Shown: positions 36,740 through 50,129 of the stretch, one piece after another
Numbering within the stretch: position 1 is the first letter of the stretch
Layout of the letters: each line of letters opens with the position of its first letter
Source: Takakia lepidozioides
Taxonomy: Eukaryota; Plantae; Bryophyta
Assembly (NCBI GenBank): GCA_030704615.1
Contig: CM060733.1
Span: forward strand, 61,628,001 to 61,692,000
DNA: 64,000 nt
Direction: 5' to 3'
Position numbers and translations under genes: made by a program
Notes under the pieces: generated by a model
The model's input: the letters and a program-made list of their open reading frames with translations, nothing else
Told to the model about the DNA's origin: nothing
The model's database searches: none

Positions 36740-39700
36740 TCACTTAGCAAGCCAGTAAAGAAGAATTAAGATAGAACATAAGGATGCCACTGTGCCTATG
36801 ATGATGGTGTCCTGTGATTTTCTTCGTCGAATGGCTGTCAGCAAATTATTCACCTGCAGCATGCCCACCCCCACGTCACTACATTCTGCACCAGACTATC
36901 TCTGGACTGCTCCCATCTCGACCTTCTTCTACAGTATCCCATCCATAAGAATGTCTTCAGCAGTGAAGGAGTGGGTTCTTGCCCATTCTGTCTGCTACCA
37001 CTCTATTAACTGTAGCAGACCTACAGTTGATATGTTTTGAGCAGACAGCATCAGCTAATAGCCAAGTCCCTCTTTTAGTGCAGTCCACAAGTTGTCCACA
37101 AGTGGGGCTACTTGGGCTCTAAGGCTGTACCTATGCAGCCACAAATGCACACGCACATTCAAAACCTGGAATCAGACTTCCACTTGTTTGTAGATAGCTG
37201 CTATAATGCAATAAGCAAAGTTGGTGAAGCCTGACCTCAAAAGGTTACTGAATACAACTTCAACATAAACCAATACTTTTGGAGGTATGGAGCAAACCAT
37301 GGGAAGTTTCATGCCAACCGTACTAATTTTAGTACTTATGTCCCCAAACGTGGACCGCTGAAAGGTTAAGGCATTGAAAGCTGCCTGAGCCTGACCTATG
37401 ACCGTATCCATCTGCATATCCCATCCCCACCACGAACTTTCTCCTTCAGATCCCCAACTCAAAATGTACTGGTTCAGAGCACCACTCCAACCTCCTTTTT
37501 TCCTCTCCTGTCCCCCTTCAATTGAAATATGCAAATACAACCTGATTTGTACATATGATTTGCACACTCAGCAACTGTACCAGACGCAGTTGGACAAATT
37601 TGCGAGGCGATTCACAGCAGTGTAATAATACATGAACCTCTCTATATCTTTCCTGTAGTGAATGAGAAAGGTGGTGCCCTTGTGAAGCACCGATGTCTCC
37701 AAGCAAGGAACTCATCTTTCATGCAGCATTGTTAATAAGCTCCTGTGACTTTCAGCATCTCCAAATTGATTCATTTGGAGACAACATGGCACTAGCAACC
37801 GTCTGATCCTGGTTGTAAGACAAACTTAGAAGACTGTAAGATGGCAGGACTATACCTGGCCTGTGGCTCTATTGATTGTTGCTTGCTCTCGCAAGAGAGT
37901 ATGCTGACCCGGTCCCACTCCCCCATCTTCCAAAAGACTTCTTCTTTCATCACTTTTGCTGAAGTGCTGCAGTAGCTCTGCATGCTCTCGATTGGCTTTC
38001 ACATTTATTCGTATCCTCCCAAACTCCTGATAGGCCCCACATACCACCACTACATCAAAACACTGCTGAAGGCAGGCACCATACTCAATGTAAATATTGG
38101 TTAAGATAAAAGCGTGTCTAGTACCATACTGCTGCGAAAAAAAAATTAAAGCACTGAACTCTCACCAACTAATACTCACAACTTGCACTATTTTACTAAG
38201 CTACTGGTGGAAAACCAAACTGCTGAGTTGCAAGCTCACAAAATTGAAGGCTCCATCAACAATTCTCTCTAAGTGCTGGCCCTCGCAAAAAATGACTTAC
38301 CCAGATGCAATATCTTCCTGGGTAAAACCTTCTCTTCTCAGATCTGGTATGCTGTTAGACTACTAGCTTGCAGTTGCGTATCTTTATTGGAGACACCAAT
38401 TTCCAAGTACATGCATCATATTCACCAAGACTTCGATTGGCTTAACCATAATATTGGATACTTTGACAATATCTTAATAAATATGTACCTATTGTCAACT
38501 TTGTAATACTGACTTTGATCAGAAATCTGGCAAGATAATATGATGCATGTAGTTACTTTATTTCGGATTGAAGATTGTACACTCTATCTCACCAAATGCC
38601 TGTCCCTGCTTGGAATAGCTACACAGGGAATTACACCAAATGACTACAGCACCCCTGCATCCACCCCCATCTTACCTGGCTCAGTTCGTGCAGTATGTTT
38701 TTGTGACGAGCCAATGTATGCGAGAGAACATCAGAGCTTGCATTGGAAACCCAAGTCTGCATATGCTTGTTAATTTCATTGAGCTGCTGCAGCAGCTTCT
38801 CTATATCAGCCTCACTTCCATCTCCGTGGTTTTCACCTGGCAGTCCATTTCCAGCCCTCCGGAAAGATGCCAACTTCAAGTCTAGCTCACTTTCCAGCTT
38901 TCTGGCCTGCAAAAGTTTCAAAAAAGCGTCCAATAGACTATGATTTCAGAATTTCCTTCTCACCAACAATCCCACCTCTCCCATTATATACCAGATTCAG
39001 ATCTAAGTATGAAGCCCTTCAGATTAGACAGCCCCTCACTATGTTTCATTAACTCCCAAAAATTGACTTAGCCCCCCAATCAGCGATTGCCACTAGGTCG
39101 TGGATCTCCATAGCTAGAGAACAAACCCTGAGAAGGAAAAACAGGAGCATGATTATTCCCACAAATGGACATGAAATTGAGATGTAAAGATCCCACAGTC
39201 ATGCAACTGGGCATTGAGGGGGGGACCTATTCCATCTCACAAATTAGAACCTGAAAACATCATCCGAGATCCAGATCAGTGCACCGTTTCAATTAAGAAA
39301 TGTGGATTGAGTTGCATGGCAGACCCCTGGTAAGAGATCATACGAAGATTTCTGTCTCTCAAGAAGCGGCAAGAGCCGTTAAGTGAAGAAACAACTGATC
39401 AGAAAGGCAGTAAAAGGACGCATAAAGCCGAGTGTACAACCACCGTCCGATCAAGAAGAAGGTAGAAACTAGAGACGCGCCGAGAAACTTGACGCAACAG
39501 ATCTCTAGCAAGAAATTCGAGAGACACGGGGGACATAACGGGCCCTTGAGCCGCACACTTCCAGCCTCATGACCAAACCGGAGGTAGATCGGGGACAAGG
39601 AAAATCCCCTGGCTTCAATTACACAGTTCCCCACTCAAGGATGGCTCGCTAGGGAGCAAGACGAGCATGGGAGAGCACGAGGGGGTTGTACCTGCTGCCT

Positions 39701-39780
39701 GAGGCACAGCGTACCTGCTTTCGCAGGTCGTCCCAACCTCCTGTTGCAGCGTTTGCCCCCCACCCCGCTCCCAACGCCAT
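36740..39780 (-). CDS. GOS1: Golgi SNAP receptor complex member 1 (Qb-SNARE, GOS1/GOS11-like)
   Basis: Exons 39780-39715, 38906-38676, 38026-37856, 37411-37298 and 36853-36740, all GT-AG. WDDLRKQ|ARKLE, HTLARHKNILHELSQEF, QRSTF, and a C-terminal TM segment RRRKSQDTIIIGTVASLCSILILLYWLAK*. Confidence 0.93.
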
Positions 39781-40146
39781 CGCCAGCTTTCCCTCACACA
39801 CGCGCTTCCCTGCCCTGCCCCTCCAGCACCACAGATCGCTGCGACCTCGTCTGCACACTCTTCGCTGCCATGAACCCAGACGAGGAAGACGACGACCATC
39901 AGTGCCCAGTACTATATACGGATACGGATACGGATACGTATTGTGATAGTATGTGTCGTTGCCGGGCAAGGGTGGGAAAGGCCTCTTCTTCTTCTTCTTC
40001 GCTCGTCGACTCTCTTGTCGCTCTTGTCTCTCTGATCTCTCAATGTCCGGAAGAGCTGCCGGGGTTGGCTGTGCATGTCACAAGAGCTCGAGGTTGGGGG
40101 GTGCCGGGGTTCTTTCCATTCAAAAAGGGTGTGATAGAGGGTGAGG

Positions 40147-43100
40147 ATGGCGGGAATGGAGGTAGATGACGGTCCTGCCAAGGCCGGCAGCAAGCGACAC
40201 TACCCAGGGGTTGGGGGGCGGGGGCAGCAAGTTTGTAAGTTTTGGCAGAATGGGAGATGCATCAAAGGTGATGCTTGCCAGTGGTTGCACCCGGGGAACC
40301 CAGGCCCTACAGGCCGCGGCGCAGGAGGTGGTGGGAATGGACTCTATGTGAACGACGGGAGGGGAGGGTGGGGATCCACAGGTGGCAGTGGGTTTTCCAG
40401 TGGGAGGCAAAGAATTTCGTCGGCTAGATGGGGTAGGCCGCGCATAAGGCAGCGAGAGGGTGTGCAGCGGAGCACCAAGTGGAAGCCGTGTTTTAATTGG
40501 CTGAAAGGTCATTGCCCACACGGAGAAGATTGCAATTTTCTCCATACTCACTCCACCGCCCCCGATGTGGAGATGATGACGCAGCTGGATGGCCATGAAA
40601 AAGTACGGTTTGTAGCTTGCTACTGTCCCTCTTGTTAGGTTTCGCTTTGGCTCTCCTTTTCTTTTGTCTTTGTGGCAGCAGGTTCGAGGCTAGGGGTGCT
40701 GGTTTTGCTATCTGTGGCTCTTTGCTCTCACGCCCTCCTTCGCTCCTCTCTTCCGCATAAATGGATATTCGTTCCAATGGGTGCCGTGGGCTTTGGCAGG
40801 CTGTCAGAGCAATAGCATTGCCAGCAGGATCTTCCCAGCTTTACACGGGTGGACAAGATGAAACAGTGCGAGTGTGGGACTGCACTACGGGCATGGTAAG
40901 CACTACATATTCCCTTTCCTCCAGTGTATGTTGCTCTTGTCAAACCAATGAAGATAGGGTAAAATAGGGTAAGATAGGGTTTGACGAAGGGCTGCCGGGT
41001 TGTTGGCTTCAGTGTACCGGCGTGGTGCAGATGGGAGGAGATGTGGGTGCTTTGCTAAGTGCACCTGGATGGTTGTTTATCGGCCTCATCAATGAGGTGA
41101 AGGTAAATTCTCAGTCCACATTTACTATAGACTCCCCAGCAATGTCCTATGAGCTTGTCCTTAAAAGTTTGCTGCAATGGGCAGTTGACTCATGAAGATT
41201 TTGCTGTTTTGCCGGTTTATCCAAGCTGGTTTCAAGTTTTTCCCTTCTAACGCTGAGGCACCTGGGTGGACAGACATGGAATATGCAGACATCAGCACAA
41301 CAGAGCTTGAGTGGGCCCAAAGGCCAAGTACATGCTCTTGCCGTCAATAGTGACGGCGTTCTTTTTGCTGGCACTCAAGTAAGCTGCCTATTTCTCCAGA
41401 AGTGATCTCTCTCTGTCCGTCTTTTTGGGGGGCCTGGTTCATGTTTATGACAAATCTTCTGTAATAGCATTGCTCTTCGTACGTGTTACTTTCTACCTTG
41501 TTTCCTACCTTGCAGGGTTTAAAACCCCAGACCTGGCTTTGGAGAGTTGGTATCATTTTCAAGTGTGCCTCAGTTGTATGATGGTCAAAGCTCACGGGGA
41601 GCAATAAATGAATGCATATGTTTCCTTCTCGTTTTTTCCCCCTCCTCACCCCTTGGTGATGTATGCTCAGGATGGGAATATCTTGGCGTGGAAATTCAGC
41701 CCCACCACAAACTCCTTTGAGCCAGCTGCATCTTTGTCTGGCCACACTGGCCCTGTAATAACACTCCTCTTCACCAGCAACCGCCTATACTCCGGTTCCA
41801 TGGACAAATCAATTCGGGTACGTACCTAACTTATTACACCAAGTTGAAGGTTTTCCGTCATATCTTGTGGCCTGTTGCAGTGCTTCTGTAAATTAACAGG
41901 GAACTTGAAATAAAGCTAAAAGTGTGCGAACAACTCTGGGATGGCAGGTTTGGGAACAATCAACAGGGCAGTGCATACAAACGCTCCATAGCCATGCAAA
42001 TGTGGTGATGGACCTTCTCTGTTGGGAGCAGTTCCTTCTGTCCTGCTCTCTTGATGGGACGATTAAGGTATGTGAGAAAGCGTTGTTATTGGATTGCCTC
42101 TGAAAAACTGCATCTGTCGATAATGATATTGGCAAAGGTTCACTGTGTTCAGAAGCATGTGTCATGTTTGGTGGTGAAAGCATATCATTTAGTTGGACTC
42201 CATGGACTGTCGCAGGTTTGGGCGTCCAATGTTGCTGGTCAATTGGAACAGACCTTCACGTTTCCTGAGGATGAAGGTGTAGATCCACGCAATGTAAGAT
42301 TTTCCAACTCTCTTTGTTGGTCTTCTTTTGAATTCCCTTGTGTCGACCCAGCCTCCCTCCCTCTACACACATTATTTGAAGTTATGTACGCAGAGTTTGT
42401 TACTCTTCCCCTACTATGGATAATCCACTAGTTCAAGTCTCTACCACCCCAGGATATCTGGAAAACCCGGATCAATTTTTTGTATCAAGGTAAGTCTTAC
42501 TACCAACGTCAGCCCCTGACAGAGGTAGGTTCTGTCCCTTTGTGTTCCGCTCAAACTGGGCGCGGGTCAATGGCCACAAGGCTATGGCAAACAACGTCTT
42601 ATGAGTACATTCTCTACCACCCCATGGCTGCCAGCCAACCATCAAAACATCTTCCTGGTTCCTGAGGTAATAGGAGAACCCTTTGATCCTCCTAAAGCTA
42701 TTATCCTCCCAAAGCAGGCTGGTCAAAGATCATCTTAGAGAGATACTTGCAATAGAGTCAGCTCAAACCAAATCCCAGTGCTCCAAAAATGTTGGAGCAC
42801 AACACTGCCTTAGGGATTATGGCGGCCCTCTTCCAGGATGTTTGAAAATTTCAACATCATGTCTTTTATGGTTATGAGAGACAACTGCATCGTGATGGCT
42901 TTGTGCCTTTCTGCAGAGTTGTCCCCTTACGACTTCTGAGTGGTTCCCAGATCCTTTCGGTCAGTGGACACAACTGATTTGTGCAGGAGTGAAGGATTAA
43001 GATAGAGTAAGATTTGTGCAGGTTGTGAAGGATTAAGGTAGAGTAAGATTTGTGCAGGTTGTGAAGGATTAAGGTAGAGTAAGATTTGTGCAGGTTGTGA

Positions 43101-43793
43101 AGGATCATTTGCTTTCTCATGCTAATTACTACATGGTCGAGTGAAGATACTACTGAGATGGTTCGTCCTTCGCAAAGGTCTTTAGCTTATGAGGACCTGG
43201 AGCACCAGGCCAAGCAATATTTTGGGATTCACCCTCATGTATGTCCTCTAGGCTAGAGTCAACTATGTTGGGTAAGTAAGGGCCTCAATCTGGTGTTACA
43301 TTGCTCATCATGCATGTTTTGTTTTGCAGGGAGCTTTAAAAATGTGTGGATGCAATGATGAAGCAGGCAAGCCAGTGTTGCTCTGTTCGTACAATGACAA
43401 CACTGTTCGGCTCTACGATCTTCCCACGTAAATATTGACCTTCCCTTTTCTAAGACGAGGATATGCGATTGTATGTGGGGGGCAAGTCTGTGAAAGACGT
43501 CAGTTGGCAAAGCTATGCTGCTGTGGACAGCTACTTCCCTGGAAGTTTTGGCATGGTGGAAGTAACAGAGAGCATCTAGTAGCTACTTGAATGCTGTCCT
43601 GTATTAGTATCTTGTTCTTAGTATATTCTTCTCTTGATGATGCAGTTTCAGCGAAAGAGGGCAGCTGTTCTCAAGGGAGGAGGTGCGGGCACTCGAGAAA
43701 GGGCCTGGGGGTCTCGTGTTTTCAGGAGACAGCCGTGGTGTGGTTAAGGTCTGGCGTTGGACCGGAGTTCAGCTGCCGCCTGCTTCTGGTTGA
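40147..43793 (+). CDS. ZFWD: CCCH zinc finger plus WD40 protein (ZFWD family)
   Basis: Two C-x7-C-x5-C-x3-H fingers (CKFWQNGRCIKGDACQWLH, CFNWLKGHCPHGEDCNFLH), then WD40 exons at about 40800-40895, 41013-41102, 41274-41378, 41671-41817, 41948-42067, 42216-42293, 43330-43427 and 43646-43793, with GT-AG boundaries. Confidence 0.92.
42452..42610 (+). mobile_element. LINE 3' fragment in a ZFWD intron
   Basis: Matches the reverse complement of 56415-56570 (YQGKSYYQRQPLTEVGSVP). Confidence 0.75.
42976..43104. repeat. 36-bp intronic tandem repeat (~3.5 copies)
   Basis: GATTTGTGCAGGTTGTGAAGGATTAAGGTAGAGTAA repeated. Confidence 0.9.
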
Positions 43794-43827
43794 AGTGTCC
43801 TTTTTGATTCGCCACTAGTAGTTCCTC

Positions 43828-44090
43828 TGAGAGGGAAAGATGCTTTCCGGGGCAAGATATTGGACTCTCTAGCATTGCTCCTGTGGATATACGCAACTTC
43901 ATTGAGTTTAAGCCAAGTTGCCAATCAGAGCTGCCACCTAGCGCCGGTTGAAGCGGCTTCTTTGATGCGCCACCTCAGAGAGAAAGATGGCCTCTTTCCG
44001 GGGCAAGATATTGGACTGTCTAACATGGCCCCCATATCTTCTGTCAATCTACGCAACTTCAGAGTTTAAGCCAAGTTGTCAATCAGAGCT
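43828..44090 (+). repeat. ~105-bp direct duplication in the ZFWD 3' region
   Basis: GAAAGATG...TTTCCGGGGCAAGATATTGGACT...ACGCAACTTCA...GAGTTTAAGCCAAGTTG.CAATCAGAGCT occurs twice. Confidence 0.8.
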
Positions 44091-46703
44091 TATCGGGGGC
44101 TTACCTTTGTTACATTATCTGGTCTCAAAAGATTGCAACCAACTGAGGGTCTTACAATTTGAAGCCGTTGCCTAGCCTGGCTTTCTCTGCAGAAGTTATG
44201 TTCAAAATTGAACTGTTTTGTTACTGTATTTTATTTGGGCATCCCCTTACGGGTGTTTACCAGTCAATTTCTGTCTCTTTCACTGGAGATGAAGGAGATT
44301 CAGGGTACGGAAAAAACGTTACCCTTGTTTGTTCCTCAGAAATAAAGAGTCGAAGGGGGTGTAACCCTTGCGGATATTCCATGTAATAATGTGAAGCTAA
44401 AATGACTACGTCTGATGAGTGCAAGGTCTGAGAAAACCATTCAGGACTCTGTTTGTCTCCCTTCCTTTGCAATGGCTTTGACTGATCTTCTGTAAGTTAT
44501 GCTGTTTGGCAACTTAAGGCTTGAGCACCTGGACTTGGGTTTTTCCTCACAACCAATCAATACTTCACCTGAGAATTTAGCCAAGCCCTTTCCTTCCAGC
44601 TTCAAGCCTATGAAGCCTGGATGTGTCGTGGTCAGGTTCAAGGATGTGGTTGTGAGTTGGGCATGGGTGCAGGTTCTGTTTCTGTACATGGGATGTGCTC
44701 TTAGAACCAGTGATAAAACAAATAATTTGAATGACACTGTCCTGAGGCAGATAAACATGTTGATCCTTTCACTCCATAATCCAGTGGTACTGACACAAAC
44801 TCAAGAAGCGTTTGTATCTATCTACATTTATTCTTGAACCAAATGTACCTGTTCAAGAGATCACATATAGCATTGGCCCTTCCACCGAACGATCAGAGCA
44901 AGGCCAAATCTTTGTGCCTCTGGGCAGTCAAGCTCCCTTTCGCCTTTGCTCTCGAAGGCTGATTTCTGTCCAGGCTGAGGAAGCCTTTGCATGCTTTTGT
45001 TGCCTTTTGTGGGACCTATGGCGTAGAGAAACTGTCTACCTAAGACGAACCTATACTTCGACACAATCACATTTATAATTCTTGTTTTCTGTTCCTGTTG
45101 CTGTCACACGTGAAGAGGTTTGGAACTGCTTCATGGCATTTGAGAAAACCTTTGGAAACCTTGCCAGCATGCTGAAGCTACATTGGGCTTTTATCTTTCA
45201 TGTCGCTGCGGACAGGAACTGTAGCTTCTAAGTGTTGCTTTGTTTATGGGGTCAGTACTAGTTTGTGGTATTCGACCTTGCTTGGCTCTTCTTGGTGGTC
45301 ATATGGCACATATATTTGTTGGACTCCGAAAACGTTGCTCATCAGACCAAGCTGCCCATTCCATGTTCCCCGTTGCTCATCTTGCACTTTCCGGCATCTG
45401 ACGATGCATCACTCTAGATTGGGAAATTGTAGCTACTTCGTTCATAGTTCATACGCATTAGACAATGATTTAGGGTTGAAACTACTGCACACTTCCTCAA
45501 CACCGCTCTCTCCACCTGTCCACAGCCCCAAGGTCATGGCAACTGAACTCCAAAACAGTCATTTTTGAAATCGTTGCAATCCACCACTCTGCCATTGCTT
45601 GTGTTCAACATCACGCTCTATCCCTCTTTCACTGGATGGTTCTAGAGACAAGGGTTTGGCTTCTGGAAATGAAGAAGCTTGGCCCTTCTGGAACAGTTCT
45701 CTGCATTGACAATATAAGACAAAACGGGAAATTAAAGTTACTCGATGCCATATTTGAGACCCTCCTCTTCCATGCCTTTCCGCCAATACGACCCTCCCTG
45801 ATTTGGCCAAAACAAGGAAATCTAAACACACGTCTTCTGCCGGGATCCATAAGTTTGCATACTGTTACACAATACTGCAGCCACAACTCCACAATCCAGC
45901 TACAATTTAAGACGGAAGTCTGACTGGCTTTGGACAACTAGCTGTTGTCTTGATCAAAGAGATCGCTTCATACCATAATAGCTCGCATCCAACCCTTCAA
46001 GCCTCTTTCATTCATAGCAAAAACGCTGGAAAGTTCGCGTGCAATATTGTGAGCAACTGAAGTTTTACCTAGAGATGATTTTCTTCATGATTATGAGCTG
46101 TCCACTGCAGTTCATACCTCAACAAGCAAAGTGTCGTATCATAAGCTCATCTGAAGTTGGGCTTTGTTGAGGCTTCCTGCTATTGCCTTGGGACTCTCTT
46201 CTGTAGCACACAGCTCTTGGCTCCTGTTATCCCCAGCTGCTCCCACTTTTGTGTCCGGCTCAAACCCCTAGGCATCTTCCGCCCATTTCAATTGCCAATA
46301 TTTCCTCACGGCCTACGAAACAACTACTGACACCAATAAGGTGTAAAAGAGAACAAACTAAAAGGTCCACCCTTGGAAGCCATAGATAACGAGCCCAGTT
46401 CTGCATTCAAACATTGAAACAATAGTGTATATGTAGATTGTACCCAATATGGGTAGTTTGATCTGGGAAGCATAGTTGGCGAGCGACGACAAGGGAGAAG
46501 GACTGCTGACATTTGAGGTCGTCTTCGATGACGAGTACACTCACTTTCATGAGGACCCACCTGCAGATCTTCTTGGTCAATTGTGCTCTCATCAACTTTG
46601 TCTATACTGGTAGGTGCTCTCTCTTTGGACGCTACAGCCTCTAAGTCAGTAGGGTTGGGGTGTTTGCTGGAACAATTCTAGGCTGTCATTGTCAGCTGCT
46701 CTG

Positions 46704-46855
46704 GACATTCAGAAGAATGGCGGCTTTCAAAGCTGCAGGTACTGAGCTCATGGTGATGAAGTCCATTGCATGTAACCTTGCTTTGTCATCTTCTAGATAC
46801 CGCTGCTGCTGGTAGGTGCCAGACTGTACACACCTTCAACGCCGCCCTCTGGCAT
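46704..46855 (-). pseudogene. Inverted N-terminal segment of the COMT-like gene
   Basis: ATG at 46855, then after a frameshift LEDDKARLHAMDFITMSSVPAALKAAILLNV, typical of the start of the OMT dimerisation domain. Confidence 0.75.
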
Positions 46856-46939
46856 GGTTGTTAATGTCCACGAAAAATCTAGCTTGACGTCAATCGCAGC
46901 ATTAACACTTGACTTACACAGATCCACGCAGAGATTATC

Positions 46940-47290
46940 TTTTCTCCCAGATACAAACACTCCTTGAGTACTTCTCCCTCAGTAAATGTGGCCAGAAGGC
47001 GGACTGGCTTATACAGGGAAGAAGGAACGTCTGTTTCCAGAAAATTGTCTGATGAAAATGAAGTTAGGCAGAAAACTTCCCTGGACTTGTTTCCAGTCTG
47101 TGACATGGGGGAGGACATCATGGATGAGGTCCCTCAAGGGTCTACCCACTCTCGGCACCAGACTGAAATTTAAACTCAGGGCAGGAATCCTACCTTTGAA
47201 TAGCAAACAGAAGCAGAGAGGAAAGGGAGAGTGCAATTGCACCCATATCTGTTACCTGTTTTTGGATACTTTCCTGTTGTCACATTGGCA
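46940..47290 (+). mobile_element. LINE 3' fragment
   Basis: LSDENEVRQKTSL...LKGLPTLGTRLKFKLRAGILPLNSKQK, homologous to 56775-57050 (-). Confidence 0.75.
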
Positions 47291-47305
47291 GTATCATGTC
47301 AAAGT

Positions 47306-48420
47306 CAAACTATAGCCAAAGCTCGACCTGGTGCCAGTCTCACAGCTGAAGAGCTCGTCCTGCAAGTCATGCCGGGAAAACGTCTCAATTCTGTCTACTT
47401 GGATCGAAATCTCCGTGTGCTAGCGAGCCAGGATTTCTTCAGTGAAACTGTGGTGAAACAGTCTGATGGTTCCCAGACGGATCGTCGTTATGGGTTACTG
47501 CCGGTGAGCAACTATTTTGTCAAGAACGACGAGGGGGTCTCGCTCGGACCGATCCTTTTGATGAACCAGGACCAGATTTTCATGGAATCGTGGCAGCAAC
47601 TCCATGCCACAGTTTCGGACGACAGCAGTGAACCCTTCAAGAAAGTATATGGATTGAGTGCATTTGAGTATGGCACTGGAGATCCGCGTTTTGACGCAGT
47701 GTTCAACGCAGGGATGTCCGGCCATTCACGCATCTACATGGAGCTTGTCCTGGGTGCCTACCAAGGCTTCTGTGATGTGAAGCGCTTGGTGGACGTAGGG
47801 GGAGGCTTGGGCTCCTCACTCAGCCTCATCATTGAAAAGTACCCCCATATTCAGGGTGTAAACTTCGACCAGCCCCATGTTGCAGCTGCCCCTTCCTATC
47901 CTGGTCTGTCTGAACAATTTCTCCAGCTTTTGTTGCATGTCCCTGGTTTGTGCTGTAACCATCAGAATTGTTGTAGCTATCTCGTGTACAATGCTGAGAA
48001 AAGCTGTAGCTCAGACAAGGGAGGGGGATGATGCCAGATGTGGAGCATAAAGGTGGCGACATGTTTGAGAGTGTACCATCGGGTGATGCCACCTTCATGA
48101 AGGTCCCGTGTTGACCCTGTGCCAATATTCAATCTGCTTTACCCTTGTCTTTAAGAATTAGGTACTGTTCATGCTCGTTCATGCTGCGAAATCTTTTGCC
48201 TTGACGCTGGAGAGTGGGTTCTGGTGAACCATTGTAACAGTGGATACTGCATGACTGGAGCGATGACGATTGCGTCTGAAAGATGTTGAAGAACTGCTAC
48301 ATGCACTCCCATCCAATGGAAAGGTTATAACAGCTGTAACAGGGGTGCCTGTGGATGTTGATCATGGGGCAGGCGCTCGAGTGATCTTCCATATTGACCT
48401 CATCATGGACCTCCATGCAA
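47306..48420 (+). pseudogene. COMT: Caffeic acid O-methyltransferase-like (class II OMT) pseudogene
   Basis: IAKARPGA, RYGLLPVSNYFV, LVDVGGGLG, GVNFDQPHV, VEHKGGDMFESVP-GDATFMK and WILHDWSDDDC. The N-terminus is displaced and the last exon is frameshifted and truncated. Confidence 0.85.
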
Positions 48421-50129
48421 TCAGGATCTACCACATGGGGCCGTGGTGCACTTAGTGGGGATCAATCTGGAAGCTCTGAGTAGCCACCGGAACATGTTTA
48501 GCTGTAGAATTGGTCAGGACAAGGATAGAAGTTAATTCTGGATAACCGAAGAATGCGAGCAGGGAGCAAAAGGGAGACGAGAGGGAGACCATGTCTGGTC
48601 AGAAGATTGTTGTACAGTATGGTGGTGCATTGAGCACGCAATGAAAAGCCCTGTGGATGGAAAAGCAATATGTGAGACAAGGAGCAGTCAGTACTGTCAA
48701 TGATCTGTTGTTTCTGCATGAGAAGGCCTACGATTTGAGCAATTTCCCTTTCTTTCTCTGTTCTCTTTGGACCCTATTTCTTGTGAGCCTTGCCAACTAT
48801 TCGAGATGCCAAGCATTAGATGGGGCCCTGGAGTTGAATGCGAGGGAGCCGGTTCAGCCAGCGTGGACCCCCGCCACCCCTGCCCACCCTCCATCGCCCG
48901 CACACTGCGCGGCAGCTGCCGCGCGGCACGCCCTCCCGCGCCTCATGTGGGGACATGACGCATGCCCTGGCCATGCCCTCTCATCCCCCCTGCATGCCTT
49001 CATCCTGGTACATGCATGCTTCCATTGCATCCATATCATTGCATTGCATGTAGAGTAAGACGGGACGGTGTGTTGTTGGCAGCCATCGCGAAATGTCGCT
49101 ATCGATTTTTGATGGCGTTGGCGTACTGCGTCCCGCCATGCAGGTTCAGTTTGTGGACACGAATGGACAATCGGGCTACGAAGCAAGATGTTTTAGCCGT
49201 CTTCAATGGTTGCATCGCTTCATCTCCAAGTGTGAATTGCGTGCAGGTCCTTATTATTGCTTGATATTTCTCTTCTGTGTTCTCCGGATTGTGATTGTGC
49301 TCTTCTTCCAGGATTTAGCGCGTGAGTGAGTTCTGCATCAAGCATCCGAAACCAATCATCTGAGCAGGTTGCATGTTATATTTGCTTGGTATGTGAAGGA
49401 ACAGACCTGGATTGACTGTTGTTTCCATAGTTCACTTGCGAGCTCCAGGGACGTGCACATATGCGGCCATGAGCACCTAAGATATGTCATTATCTGCAGT
49501 CCTTCCATTTTGTTTTGGGGTTTAGGGTTTAGTGTAAATGACATGCACACCATAGAGGTATTGGGGGGTTCAATGGCCATGCGGGCAATTTGAGGGTTCA
49601 AGCAAGTGAGTGGCATGTGGATTTATGCTTGGCATTGTCTGTGTAGGTTTGCACGCTGCTGCAATTGTTGGCAGACGCAATACTCACGATGAAGGAGAGC
49701 AAAATGATAGAGAACCGGAGGGAATATCGCCAGACTTATGAAACTGATGAATACGAGTCCCTCATATGCGAGGCTTACATGATGGCAAGGGTCGATGAAC
49801 CTGGTGCGTCGACAATACAGATGCATACACTGTGATCTGTTTTTCGCCGATAAAAAAAAACTGAACTTGCATAGGGTGGATGGTTGTATAAAGCATGGGG
49901 AAGGTGAAGGGCCTCTCACACCAAGCCAGAAGGCTATTATGGAGGATGTCCTCAGGTGCCATGGACTTATCTGGGAGGTAGACTTGAGTAGGCCCTGCAG
50001 TGCACACACATGCATCGAGCTGACATTACCTATGTGTAGGCAGACTCAACAAGGAATGCCCACAGAAGGCAAACTCAAGTAGGGCACCCGGGCTTCCTGT
50101 AGGCATCGCTACTTGAGTTTGCCTCCCAC

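Noticed and set aside
45500-46600. Possible decayed P-loop/NB-ARC gene on the minus strand (FVGREEIL, LGKTSVA)
   Set aside because: Only two short motifs among many stops; not supportable without a search.
49795-50082. C2HC zinc-finger-like ORF (CIHC...HRVDGC)
   Set aside because: Single short motif with no gene structure or element boundaries.
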